A stretch of DNA of 64,000 nt from positions 256,001 through 320,000 of the forward strand of contig JAWLHJ010000003.1 of NCBI GenBank assembly GCA_041690395.1, given 5' to 3'. The notes below the pieces were generated by a model that did not search any database, was not told the DNA's origin, and was given only the letters and a program-made list of their open reading frames with translations. Both the position numbers and the translations under genes were made by a program. Of this stretch, positions 9,119 through 18,363 are shown in pieces. This DNA comes from Longimicrobiales bacterium. GTDB lineage: Bacteria > Gemmatimonadota > Gemmatimonadetes > Longimicrobiales > Gaopeijiaceae. The number at the start of each line of letters is the position of its first letter. Within the stretch, counting starts at the first letter, position 1.

Positions 9119-9685
9119 ATGAAGGGGTGGGGATACTTGGCCCGGGTCTGGGCGCTCGTCGGGCTCGTGACCGGGTACGCCGTGCTTCCACGCGATGCGC
9201 AGGCGCAGGGTCCCGGCGGGGGCGACCCGGTCCGCGTGATCGTCGCGCCCGGCCTGGTGCTCGCCGGCGGGACCGAGTTGGAATCGGGAATCGGCGGTGA
9301 GGGTCACGTCGCTGTGGAGCGGGGGCGGCACCGGCTCCTCCTGCGCCTCGCCGTGATCGCCGACGTGGCCGGATTTCCGGACGGTTCCGGTGACGGCGAC
9401 GTCAGCGAGATCGGACTCCTCTACGGCCGACGGGACGCGGCGCGGCGCGGACCCGGTCGGTCGATCTCGGCGGGTCTCGCCGCCGTACACTTCCAACGCT
9501 GCCCGGACGAAAGACCGGACTCCTTCTACGATTCCGGGTGCAGCACCGTGGGCGTACCGGTCGTGGCCGAGGCCGGCATCGGCAGCTCCGTGGTGGGGAT
9601 CGCCCTCCAGCTTTTCGTGAACCTCAACACCAAGGCGCCCTTCGCCGGGGTCGGCGTGAGCCTTCCCTTGGGCTGGATGCCATGA
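9119..9685 (+). CDS. Hypothetical exported protein (possible small beta-barrel)
   Basis: GGAGG RBS; AQA signal cleavage; amphipathic strands; C-terminal GVGVSLPLGW. Confidence 0.55.
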   Translation: MKGWGYLARVWALVGLVTGYAVLPRDAQAQGPGGGDPVRVIVAPGLVLAGGTELESGIGGEGHVAVERGRHRLLLRLAVIADVAGFPDGSGDGDVSEIGLLYGRRDAARRGPGRSISAGLAAVHFQRCPDERPDSFYDSGCSTVGVPVVAEAGIGSSVVGIALQLFVNLNTKAPFAGVGVSLPLGWMP

Positions 9686-9816
9686 CCTTTCGAGCCCTTC
9701 TCATGGTCCGCTCTTTGCATAATTGAACTGACGGCAGCCCATAAGTAGCTGGGCACGCGCGTTCGGAACCTGAGCGAAGCGATCACGCGCCATGTGCCGA
9801 GGTAGACTCAGCTGAG

Positions 9817-9856
9817 AGAGTCCGGAGGGCCCGCGGCCCCCGGGCTCTTCTCGTTG
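9817..9856 (+). terminator. Putative intrinsic terminator
   Basis: Imperfect GC stem AGAGTCCGGAGGGC/GCCCCCGGGCTCT followed by TCTCGTT in a convergent intergenic region. Confidence 0.4.
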
Positions 9857-9927
9857 TGGGAGGAGGGGGCTCGACGCATGCACATCTGTGGCGTAACCGA
9901 CTGACAAGCGCCGCGCGAGCGCGACGA

Positions 9928-10290
9928 TCAGAGCAGCTCCCAGAGCGGCGGGAAAGTCGCGAGCACACCGAGCGCCGTGAGCGCGAGCGTGGCGAGGTAC
10001 ACGTTCCTGGCCTCCATTTCGCGGCCACGCCACCGGCGATGAAGCCAGACCCAGGCAGCGAGCCAGACCACGACGGCCAGGGTGCTGCGGCCTGACAGCC
10101 CTCCGACGGGCCCGTAGAAGCTCGGCGCCGCGAAGATGCCGGCCGCGTTCAGAATGACGAACGCGCCCATCGCGAACGAGCCAATGCCCGCGGCCAGAAA
10201 CGCGGCCAGCGAGCCACCGTTGGGGTGCCCCGCATCCGCAGCGTCGGACGCTACCTCGGTACGCGGCATCTCTTCTCCATGCGTTGCCAT
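9928..10290 (-). CDS. Hypothetical membrane protein (3 TM)
   Basis: GAGGAG RBS; PNGGSLAAFLAAGIGSF, GPVGGLSGR, C-terminal TFPP. Confidence 0.7.
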   Translation of the reverse strand: MATHGEEMPRTEVASDAADAGHPNGGSLAAFLAAGIGSFAMGAFVILNAAGIFAAPSFYGPVGGLSGRSTLAVVVWLAAWVWLHRRWRGREMEARNVYLATLALTALGVLATFPPLWELL

Positions 10291-10315
10291 GATGATCTCC
10301 TCGCGCTTGGGGCGG

Positions 10316-10855
10316 TCACTGCACCGGGGCGACCTTGTTCACCAGCACGCCCATGAGGGCGATGAACGACACGAGCCCGAAGACGACGGCGAGAACCGCC
10401 ACCGTCATCCCCCGCATGCCGTGGTCCGCCCAGAGTCTGCGCCGTTCCCGGGTCGCGACGAACGCCACGGAGGTCGCCAGCATCGACGCGATCCAGGGCA
10501 TGTGCTCCTTGCTCTCCATCGCGAACGCGTGCAGCCACGCCGTGCCGGCGTCCGACAACAGGTATGCCCTCGGAAAGTCCATGAGCGCGACGACACCCTC
10601 GGGCGGCGGGGTGCGATACGTGGGAAAGACGATGTAGGTCCCGCCGAGGACCGTCACCCAGAGCGCCGCGGCCACCAGGACGGTGAGGAAGGCGAAAGCC
10701 TGTTGGGGTGTGGCACCCAGGACCCGCGCATCGTCGGCCGCCGCTGAGCGTGTGGCGTAGAGCCAGAACAGGGCGGCGAACAAGCCCATGAGCGCCAGGC
10801 CCCCGGCGGCGATTCCGTGGAACATCGTCGCCAGGCTATCGAAGGAGAAAAGCAT
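10316..10855 (-). CDS. Hypothetical membrane protein (4 TM) with His-containing motif HAFAMESKEH
   Basis: GAGGAGG RBS before ATG 10855; four hydrophobic segments; ends NKVAPVQ. Confidence 0.7.
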   Translation of the reverse strand: MLFSFDSLATMFHGIAAGGLALMGLFAALFWLYATRSAAADDARVLGATPQQAFAFLTVLVAAALWVTVLGGTYIVFPTYRTPPPEGVVALMDFPRAYLLSDAGTAWLHAFAMESKEHMPWIASMLATSVAFVATRERRRLWADHGMRGMTVAVLAVVFGLVSFIALMGVLVNKVAPVQ

Positions 10856-11079
10856 AGGGCCTCCTCGCGCTTCAGGGCTGTGGGGCACACGGTACCGCGC
10901 ACCCGGTCCGGCAACGTACGGGCCGACCGCCCATCCCCGAAAGGGACGGTCCGCGCGCGGTGGCCCGGTGCTGCGAGCGGCTCGCTTGCCGCGAGCGTTA
11001 CCGGTAGAGTACGAGATGGCCACCTCCGTTCGGCGGTGCCTGGTGGCGTCTCGTTGACCCGCAATCGTGGAGTAGGCTC

Positions 11080-11529
11080 ATGTTCGCAGCACGCGTCATC
11101 GCCCCGGCGGTCCTCTGCATCGCGCTCGCCGCCGGCTGTCGGGAGGCTCCCACGTCGCCGGGCACCCTTCCCCTCAAGGAGATCATGGCCGCACTCGAGG
11201 CGGATCTCATCGACGTGGGGCACGGCCTGTGGACGGACGACGCCGCCCTCGTATCCGAAGCGGCCACACGGATCGCGGAGCACCCGACCGTGCCCCCGGC
11301 CCAGATGGTCACGATCCAGTCCGTCCTGGGAGACGAGTTCTCCTCGTTCGCCCAAATGGATCGCCAGGTTCACGACGGAGCCGTCGCGCTCGCCGCAGCG
11401 GCCGAGGCGCGCCAGCCGATTCCCGAGCTCTTCGAGGGTTACATGCGCATCCAGAACGGCTGCCTGGCCTGCCACGTCGCGTTCCGCCCCCGAGTCTCGG
11501 AAGCGTTGGCCGCTGCGGAGGATCCCTGA
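11080..11529 (+). CDS. Class II cytochrome c (cytochrome c-prime-like) lipoprotein
   Basis: Single C-terminal CLACH heme motif after a helical body; lipobox LAAGC. Confidence 0.8.
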   Translation: MFAARVIAPAVLCIALAAGCREAPTSPGTLPLKEIMAALEADLIDVGHGLWTDDAALVSEAATRIAEHPTVPPAQMVTIQSVLGDEFSSFAQMDRQVHDGAVALAAAAEARQPIPELFEGYMRIQNGCLACHVAFRPRVSEALAAAEDP

Positions 11530-11658
11530 CCGCGGTCTCCAGGAACGACAGCCGGCGGGAATGAGCGGCTTCCCAGCGGGTGTCGGCGAAACAACCACGC
11601 CCATGTGGTCGTAGGTGGGCCCGAGTAGCTCGCTCCCTCCGACAGAGGTCACCCACGC

Positions 11659-14103
11659 GTGGACGTCCTCATGAGAGACCTCCGCTCCGGCGCCCGGTCC
11701 CTGGCGCGGCAACCCGGATCGGCCATCATCTCCGTGCTCATCCTCGCCCTGGGCATCGGGCTCTCCACCTTCATGTTCTCGCTGGTGTACGGGGCCCTGC
11801 TTCGCGGGCTCGATGTCCCGGAGCCCGACCGGGTCGCGGTGCTGGCGCGGATCGATACGCGGGGCGGTGACGAGGATGCGGACCCCATGTCGGGCCAGGA
11901 CTTCCTGGACTTCCGCGAGCGATCGGCCTCGTACGAGGGGCTGCTGGGGTACTTCAGCGGCACCGTGAACCTCGCGGACGAGGCGGCTCCCCAGCGTTAC
12001 CAGGGCGCCTGGGTAACCGCGAACGCGTTCGACGTGCTCGAGGTGGAGCCGGCGCTCGGACGCACGTTCGTGGCGGGCGAGGACGAGCCGGGCCTGCCTC
12101 CGACCGTCGTGTTGGGCCATCACGTGTGGCAGGACCGGTATGGCAGCGATCCGGGCGTCATCGGCAGGTCGGTCCGGGTGAACGGCCGTCAGGGCACGAT
12201 CGTGGGCGTGATGCCGGAGGGCTTCAAGTGGCCCTCGAATCACGACCTGTGGATCACCGTGGATGACGACCCGAGGGCGGTCGCGCGTGGTGAGGGACCG
12301 TCCTATTGGGTGATGGGCCGATTGGCCGAAGGCGTCACCTGGGACCAGGCCAATCTCGAAGCGGCGCGCATCGCCGAGCAGCTCCTGGCCGAGTATCCGG
12401 AGGAGAGCGAAGGACTCTCGGCCCGGCTCATCACCGTGACCCAGCAACAGAACGGCGGCGAGATCACCCTGGTCTTCCTCGCGATGATGGTCGCCGTGAT
12501 CTGCGTCCTGCTGGTCGCGTGCGCGAACGTCGCCAACCTCCTCCTCGCTCGAGCGGCCACCCGCATGAGGGAGGCCGGCGTTCGGGTCGCCCTCGGGGCC
12601 GGGCGCGTCCGGGTGATGATGCCCTTCCTGGCCGAGGCGCTTCTGCTGGCCGGCGCGGGGGCCGTGTTGGGCACGCTCCTGGCCCACCTGGGCGTCGGGT
12701 GGTTCGACCGGGTCACCGACCCTGCCCTCACCGGCCGCCCGTATTTCGTGACGTTCGAAGTCGATCTCCCGGTGCTGCTGTTCGCCGTGGGCGTTACGGC
12801 GCTCACGGCCCTGATGGCGGGCGCCGCTCCTGCATTCCAGGTCTCACGCGCTGACGTGAACGAGATCCTGAAGGACGAGGGTCGGGGGTCGTCGAGCCTC
12901 CGCGCCGGACGCCTCGGCAAGATCCTGGTCACGGTGGAGGTGGCGTTCTCGGTGGCCCTCCTGGTCGGTGCCGGCCTCATGACCCGGAGCATGGTGCAGC
13001 TCGGCGCGTTCGAGCTTCCGTTCGAGGAGGAGGCCTACATCACTGCCCGGGTCGGCCTCTTCGAAGCCGACTACCCTGAGCGCGACGATCGCCAGGAGTT
13101 CTGGAGAGAGGTGGAGGATCGCGCCCGGGTGGCCCCGGGCGTCGCCGACGTCGCGCTCGCCAGCGGTGTTCCGGGCGCAGGCTCCGGCGGAGCCCGCATC
13201 GCGCTCGAGGGCGTCATCTATGTCGAGCCCGAGGATCAGCCCCTGGCGCACATAGACCGTGTCACGCCCGGGTATTTCCCGCTGCTGGACGCCGAGATCC
13301 TGGAGGGGACCGCGTTCAGTGACCAGCATGACATGGACGTGGATCCCGTGGCGGTGGTGAACCGATCGTTCGCAGAGCGGCACTGGCCGGACGCCAGCGC
13401 CCTGGGGCGGCGGTTCCGCGCCGGCGTGGCTGACACACTCCCGTGGACCACGGTCATCGGGGTGGTCGAAGACCTACAGATGCAGGGCTTCAGCCCTCCG
13501 GGTGCCCCCTCGGCGGTACCGGACGGCTTCTATGTTCCCGTGGCGCAGGCAGACCCCTCGTTCATGACCATCGTGGCCCGGGCCCTCCCCGGCACGGCGC
13601 CCGCGACGCTTGGTCCGGCGCTCCGGGAGGTGGTGCGGTCCGTGGATATCGACCTGCCGCTCTACGACGTGCGCACCGTGGCAGAGGCGGTGGACCGCAC
13701 GTCCTGGTTCTACCGGGTGTTCGGATCGGTGTTCGTCATCTTCGGCGCCGTCGCGCTCTTCATGGCCTCCGTTGGTCTGTACGGCGTCCTCGCCTTCTCG
13801 GTGAGCCGCCGCACCCAGGAGATGGGCATCCGGATGGCCCTGGGTGCGGGGCGCGCGCAGGTGATGCGCCTCGTGCTGCGTCAGGGGCTGACCCAGATCG
13901 GGATCGGCCTCGTCGTCGGACTGGCGATGGCGTTCGGCCTCTCGAGCCTCCTGGGCTTTCTGATGTTCGGGGTCGACCCGCGCGATCCGTTCGTGTTCGG
14001 GGGCGTCGTGCTGCTCACCGTTTCGGTGGGGATCGCGGCGAGCCTCCTCCCGGCTCGTCGGGCCACGGGCGTGCATCCCTCGGTGGCGCTGCGGTCCGAA
14101 TGA
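11659..14103 (+). CDS. ADOP-type duplicated ABC permease (MacB/FtsX family)
   Basis: [35 protein letters not shown] repeated twice, SRRTQEMGIRMALGA, C-terminal P-VALRSE. Confidence 0.93.
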   Translation: MDVLMRDLRSGARSLARQPGSAIISVLILALGIGLSTFMFSLVYGALLRGLDVPEPDRVAVLARIDTRGGDEDADPMSGQDFLDFRERSASYEGLLGYFSGTVNLADEAAPQRYQGAWVTANAFDVLEVEPALGRTFVAGEDEPGLPPTVVLGHHVWQDRYGSDPGVIGRSVRVNGRQGTIVGVMPEGFKWPSNHDLWITVDDDPRAVARGEGPSYWVMGRLAEGVTWDQANLEAARIAEQLLAEYPEESEGLSARLITVTQQQNGGEITLVFLAMMVAVICVLLVACANVANLLLARAATRMREAGVRVALGAGRVRVMMPFLAEALLLAGAGAVLGTLLAHLGVGWFDRVTDPALTGRPYFVTFEVDLPVLLFAVGVTALTALMAGAAPAFQVSRADVNEILKDEGRGSSSLRAGRLGKILVTVEVAFSVALLVGAGLMTRSMVQLGAFELPFEEEAYITARVGLFEADYPERDDRQEFWREVEDRARVAPGVADVALASGVPGAGSGGARIALEGVIYVEPEDQPLAHIDRVTPGYFPLLDAEILEGTAFSDQHDMDVDPVAVVNRSFAERHWPDASALGRRFRAGVADTLPWTTVIGVVEDLQMQGFSPPGAPSAVPDGFYVPVAQADPSFMTIVARALPGTAPATLGPALREVVRSVDIDLPLYDVRTVAEAVDRTSWFYRVFGSVFVIFGAVALFMASVGLYGVLAFSVSRRTQEMGIRMALGAGRAQVMRLVLRQGLTQIGIGLVVGLAMAFGLSSLLGFLMFGVDPRDPFVFGGVVLLTVSVGIAASLLPARRATGVHPSVALRSE

Positions 14104-14857
14104 CGCTGACGACCGCGGCCCCCACCGTGAGCACGATGAGGCGCACCACGACCTGCCGCCCGTTCGGCCCCACCACCACGGAGGCGACGTTCTCCAGAGC
14201 ATGGAGCAGCAGCGCTGACAGGATGCTCCGTCCGGTGTTCACGTAGATCCAGGCGAACAGCACGGCAAGCGGAATGCGTGTGATCATGTCCGACCAGAAG
14301 TCCCTGGACCATAGGCCAGCATCACTCTGGATCGTGCCTTCGATGAAGTAGAACGGCAGATGCCAGATGGTCCACGCGATCCCGACGAGAAGACCCGCCG
14401 TGAGAGCGGTCCTCCGGGCCAGAAGGCCGTCCAGGGCAAACCCTCGCCAGCCCAACTCCTCGGCAAACGCGGCGCCAACGGCAACGAAGAGGATCCCTCC
14501 TGTGAAGCCGACCTGACCGCCGGTCACCGGGGCCAGCCCCGTCGGTACCAGGGTGGCGGTGAGACTCGGTATGAAGGCCACTGCTACGATGGCCAGGTGC
14601 CAGGCCGGTGAGATGCGTCGGACGTCGCGAACTCGGTGCCAGAATGCGGCCGGGGATTCGCCGCCCCGACCGGTGTGCACGAGCAGGATGGCCATAAACG
14701 ACGGGCCGAACCCGCCGACGACGTAGAACAGCACGGTCGGAAACGCCGTCCACGGCCGGCCCGAGGCGATCGCGAGGCCCCAGAAGAACCAGCTCCAGGC
14801 GAACGTGAGTGCGAAGAACAGCCTCACCGGCTTGGCGGTGGCCTGGAGCAAGGCCAT
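14015..14857 (-). CDS. CPBP (Abi/CAAX) family intramembrane protease 1
   Basis: FFALTFAWSW, EELGWRGF, WTIWHLP, NTGRSILSALLLHALEN. Confidence 0.9.
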   Translation of the reverse strand: MALLQATAKPVRLFFALTFAWSWFFWGLAIASGRPWTAFPTVLFYVVGGFGPSFMAILLVHTGRGGESPAAFWHRVRDVRRISPAWHLAIVAVAFIPSLTATLVPTGLAPVTGGQVGFTGGILFVAVGAAFAEELGWRGFALDGLLARRTALTAGLLVGIAWTIWHLPFYFIEGTIQSDAGLWSRDFWSDMITRIPLAVLFAWIYVNTGRSILSALLLHALENVASVVVGPNGRQVVVRLIVLTVGAAVVSVIRTAAPPRDARPWPDEPGGGSPRSPPKR

Positions 14858-14859
14858 CG

Positions 14860-17800
14860 TCACCCCCCACCCTCGGGCACGAGCCAGGACACGCCGAACC
14901 CGATGCGCCAACCCCGGGAAAGCGCGGCGTTCTCGATCTGGGTACCGCGAGCGTCCTCCACCTCCAGGCGTCGCCGGAGGGACACTCCAACCGACGCCGA
15001 GACCCGGAGCCGCCGCCCGATGTCGTAGCGGATCACCGGGCCGACGTCGGCCAAGGAGTAGCGGACGAGGCCGCCCTCCAGCGTCCCCTCCCGTCCGAGG
15101 CCATAGACGTTGCCGTCGACCATGGCCTGCAATCCCGTGGCGATACGGTCGCTCGGTGTCCAGAAGACCTCGCCGTGAGCCGGAGCGAGGATATCCGCAT
15201 ATACCCGCTCCCCTCGCCACTGCAGGGCGAGCAAGGGCACCAGGCGCACTTCCCCGAAGGCGTTGGTGACGCTGACGCCGCCACCCCACGTCGGGCCGGA
15301 GGCCGCTTCGCGGGTCAGGAGCGCGGCGCCCTGAAGGGTGACATGATCGGAGCTCACGCCCCGGAAATCGCTGGCCATACCGGGGGCCAACACGAGCGAG
15401 AGGCGAGTCCGCTCGGAAAGCGTGAGGAGCGAGATGACCTCGAGATCGAGATCGTAGAGCGCCTCGACCCAGACGGGCTCGGCGGGATCGAGGGGCCGAG
15501 GCGCGACGCCGACGCGACTTCCGGAGATCCTGGGGACCACGAGCAGGCGCTCACCCTGGCACAGGAGAGGGACCAACACTGAGCCGCGAGCCATGGTGAC
15601 CCGGGCCTCCGTGGCCGGACCGGACAACGTGCGAGTGACGTCGGACGTGGGCAGCCAACTACCCTCGAGGTGGATCAGCGCCTCCTGTGCCCCGAGCCCT
15701 TGGGCACCTCCGGAGAGGATGAGGGCGACCAGCCCGGCCCCCACCACTCGCGACCTGGAACCGGGCATCAGCGCCCATGCGAGCAGTCCGACAGCGAAGA
15801 CGCCCACCGCCACCCCGAGCCACGCGGTGGTCGCCGGAAGGATGGAGAACAGGAAGAGGTAGTCCTGGACGGAAGCCCAGGCGACGGCCGCCAGCAGCCC
15901 CAGGCCGATGAGGACGGCAACGGCGCGGATCGCGAGCCCGGTCCGCGAGCCATTCCCGGCCGCCACACCCGTCCGGCGGCGCAGAACGGCGCGGGCGACG
16001 AGGATGGCCGCGGCGAAGAGGCAAGCGCCGATGATCAGCCAGGCCAGCGGAGCCGCCCACACGATGCGCGCCATCCGGACCGGCTCCACGCCGAGGCTCT
16101 CGGACCAGGCACGCAGGACGTGGCCGAACAGCGGCCAGGCCCGCTGACTGTTGGCCAGCAGCACGATGGCGTCTCCGGTCTCCGGCACGAGATGGACGTG
16201 GGTCATCCAACCGAACCCCTGCCCTCCGTGCCACACCGCCCGGCGGCCGTCGGAGAGGGTCTCGGTGAAATGCCCGAGGCCGTACCCCTCGGCGACGAAC
16301 CCGTAGAGTCCGCCCGGTCGAACCACGGACGTATGCAGGCGCGCGATGCTGGAGTCGTCGAGACGCTCGCGCACCCGGTTGCGTGTCGGCGCCATACTCG
16401 CCTCGGCGAACCGCCCCACGTCCTCGATGGTCGCGAACAGACCGCCGGATCCACGACCGGGGTAGACGTACGGCGCAACGGGACGGCCGCGCAGCGTATA
16501 GGCCGTGGGCACCCGGTCCCTGAGCGCCGGATTCCAGTCGAAGCTCGCCTCGACCATGCCGAGGGGATCCAGGACGTTCCGGTCCATCCAGCGTCCGAAG
16601 TCCTCACCGGTGACGTCCTGAACGAGCAGCTCGAGGAGGTTGTAGCCGGTGTCGGAATAGGAGAAGGCGTCACCGGGCGGGCCGACCATCGTCAGCTCGG
16701 CCTCCAGGCTCTCGGAGAGTGTCGGCACCGGCCCGTCGGGAGCATACCGCGCGTTGTAGTCACCGAGCCCCAGGCCCGCCGTGTGACTCAGAAGCTGACG
16801 CGGCGTGACCGACCCCGCATCCGGCGGAAGCGCCCGGTCGCGCAACTGCGCCTGGACCGGGGCGTCCGGATCGAGCAGGCCGGACTCGACCAGCTTCACG
16901 ACACCCCACGCCGTCACAGGCTTCGAGATGGACTCGACCCGGAACACGGCATCGGACGTCATGGGTCGCCCGGATGCCACGTCGGCCCACCCGAAAGACG
17001 CGAGCCACCGGACGTTTCCACCTCGGATGACCAGGACGTTCAAGCCGGGAACGTCGTGGGCCTCCATCCGGCCGGTGATCATGCTGGACAGCGCGGAGGC
17101 GGGAGCAGTGTCTCGGGTGGACATGAGTCTCGCCGCCTCGGCCACGGCCTCCTCCAACATGGTCCGACCCGATGTGCTCGTGACCGCCCCCGCCACCAGT
17201 ACGTCGGCCTCCGGACAGTAACGGACGAGTATCCCCCAGAACCCCCCATGGCCGTAGCACGCCATATCCGCATACTCGACCCGGGCCATCCCCATGCCGT
17301 ATCCGTGCGCCATGACCGCGAGGCTTTCCGGGGTCACATCCACCATCGCGTCCAACGTGGCCCGGTCCCGGAACACTCGTCCGTCGAAGAGCGCGCGGAA
17401 AAACGTGCTGACGTCTCCGAGGGTGGCGACGAGTCCACCGCCCCCGAAAAGGTCGAAGGAGGGATCGAAGCCGTAGGTATCGAGCGTGCCCAGATGCTGA
17501 TGCGCCCGCGGGGGAGCCCTCCGAGGCTCCGGCTCGACGGACTCCATCCACGTGGCGGTCAGGCCCAGGGCATCGAAAGCGAGAAGGCGGCGCAAGGCCG
17601 CGCCCAACGGCGATCCGGTCACCTGCTCGATGACCTCGCCCAGGAGGATGTACCCGGTGTCGCTGTAGTGGAACCGCTCCCCAGGGCCCCCGACGGGATC
17701 CCCGATCTCCATCGCAAGACGGAGCTGCTCCTCGCGGCTCCAGCGATGCCGCGGCTCGGCGAGAATCCGCTGGACGAAGACGTCCTCCGTGGCGTAGTCG

Positions 17801-18327
17801 AAGAGGCCCCCGGTGTGCCGGAGCAGCATGGACAGCGTGATGGCGGCGGGGTCGTACCCATCCGCCTCCAACGTAAGGACCGTGGACGGGAGCAGGTGCT
17901 CAACAATGGGATCTCCCAGGTCGACGACGCCGTCCTCCGCGAGCCGGAGCACCGCGGCGGCTACGTAGGTCTTGGTGAGGCTCGCGAGCCTGAGGGCGTG
18001 GCCGGAACGAAGCTCCGATCCCGACGCGGGGTCCGCGACGCCCACGGCCCCTTCCCACATGAAGCGTCTCGCTGCCCCCTCCACCCGGAGCAGCGCGCCC
18101 GGCACATCCGGGGTAGCCCCGAACGCCGAATCGAGGAGAGCCGCGAGCGGGTCGTCGGGCTGGACCGGCACAGCACGGTCGGGTGGGCCCGGGCCGCAGG
18201 CCACCGACCCGAGGCTCACCGCTAGTACCAGGAACGCTCGCGCCGAACGCCGGTTGCTGCGCCGGTACGAGGGGCCGTATGCTCGTGGCGCCGCGCCATC
18301 GCATGCCATCGCTCGAACCCCGCTCAT
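14860..18327 (-). CDS. Multidomain fusion: lipoprotein serine hydrolase (beta-lactamase family) x2 + TM helices + C-terminal outer-membrane beta-barrel-like domain
   Basis: Two SxxK sets (ASLTK/YSD/HGG and ESISK/YSD/HGG), LLRHTGG and LLSHTAG; three hydrophobic helices; MPGSRSRVVGAGLVALILSGGAQGLGAQE; beta-strand region ending IGFGVSW; start uncertain (18327 or 18387). Confidence 0.8.
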   Translation of the reverse strand: MSGVRAMACDGAAPRAYGPSYRRSNRRSARAFLVLAVSLGSVACGPGPPDRAVPVQPDDPLAALLDSAFGATPDVPGALLRVEGAARRFMWEGAVGVADPASGSELRSGHALRLASLTKTYVAAAVLRLAEDGVVDLGDPIVEHLLPSTVLTLEADGYDPAAITLSMLLRHTGGLFDYATEDVFVQRILAEPRHRWSREEQLRLAMEIGDPVGGPGERFHYSDTGYILLGEVIEQVTGSPLGAALRRLLAFDALGLTATWMESVEPEPRRAPPRAHQHLGTLDTYGFDPSFDLFGGGGLVATLGDVSTFFRALFDGRVFRDRATLDAMVDVTPESLAVMAHGYGMGMARVEYADMACYGHGGFWGILVRYCPEADVLVAGAVTSTSGRTMLEEAVAEAARLMSTRDTAPASALSSMITGRMEAHDVPGLNVLVIRGGNVRWLASFGWADVASGRPMTSDAVFRVESISKPVTAWGVVKLVESGLLDPDAPVQAQLRDRALPPDAGSVTPRQLLSHTAGLGLGDYNARYAPDGPVPTLSESLEAELTMVGPPGDAFSYSDTGYNLLELLVQDVTGEDFGRWMDRNVLDPLGMVEASFDWNPALRDRVPTAYTLRGRPVAPYVYPGRGSGGLFATIEDVGRFAEASMAPTRNRVRERLDDSSIARLHTSVVRPGGLYGFVAEGYGLGHFTETLSDGRRAVWHGGQGFGWMTHVHLVPETGDAIVLLANSQRAWPLFGHVLRAWSESLGVEPVRMARIVWAAPLAWLIIGACLFAAAILVARAVLRRRTGVAAGNGSRTGLAIRAVAVLIGLGLLAAVAWASVQDYLFLFSILPATTAWLGVAVGVFAVGLLAWALMPGSRSRVVGAGLVALILSGGAQGLGAQEALIHLEGSWLPTSDVTRTLSGPATEARVTMARGSVLVPLLCQGERLLVVPRISGSRVGVAPRPLDPAEPVWVEALYDLDLEVISLLTLSERTRLSLVLAPGMASDFRGVSSDHVTLQGAALLTREAASGPTWGGGVSVTNAFGEVRLVPLLALQWRGERVYADILAPAHGEVFWTPSDRIATGLQAMVDGNVYGLGREGTLEGGLVRYSLADVGPVIRYDIGRRLRVSASVGVSLRRRLEVEDARGTQIENAALSRGWRIGFGVSWLVPEGGG

Positions 18328-18363
18328 TCGACCACCATCCTCGCGCAGGCAAAGGTCACGCTC

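Noticed and set aside
2509..9685. Integron cassette array in the accessory region
   Set aside because: Mixed orientations, no attC-like sites recognised, no integrase
9700..9745. AT-rich patch TTTGCATAATTGAACTGACGGCAGCCC resembling an IS terminus
   Set aside because: No partner inverted repeat, target duplication or transposase; family not assignable
9797..9820. tRNA-like 5' fragment GCCGAGGTAGACTCAGCTG
   Set aside because: No anticodon arm, T arm or acceptor partner
15670..18225. Long alternative-frame ORFs (851 aa here; also 33862-36087, 35498-37567, 10654-12687 and others)
   Set aside because: Antisense shadows of real genes, expected at high GC; Arg/Pro/Gly-rich with no motifs
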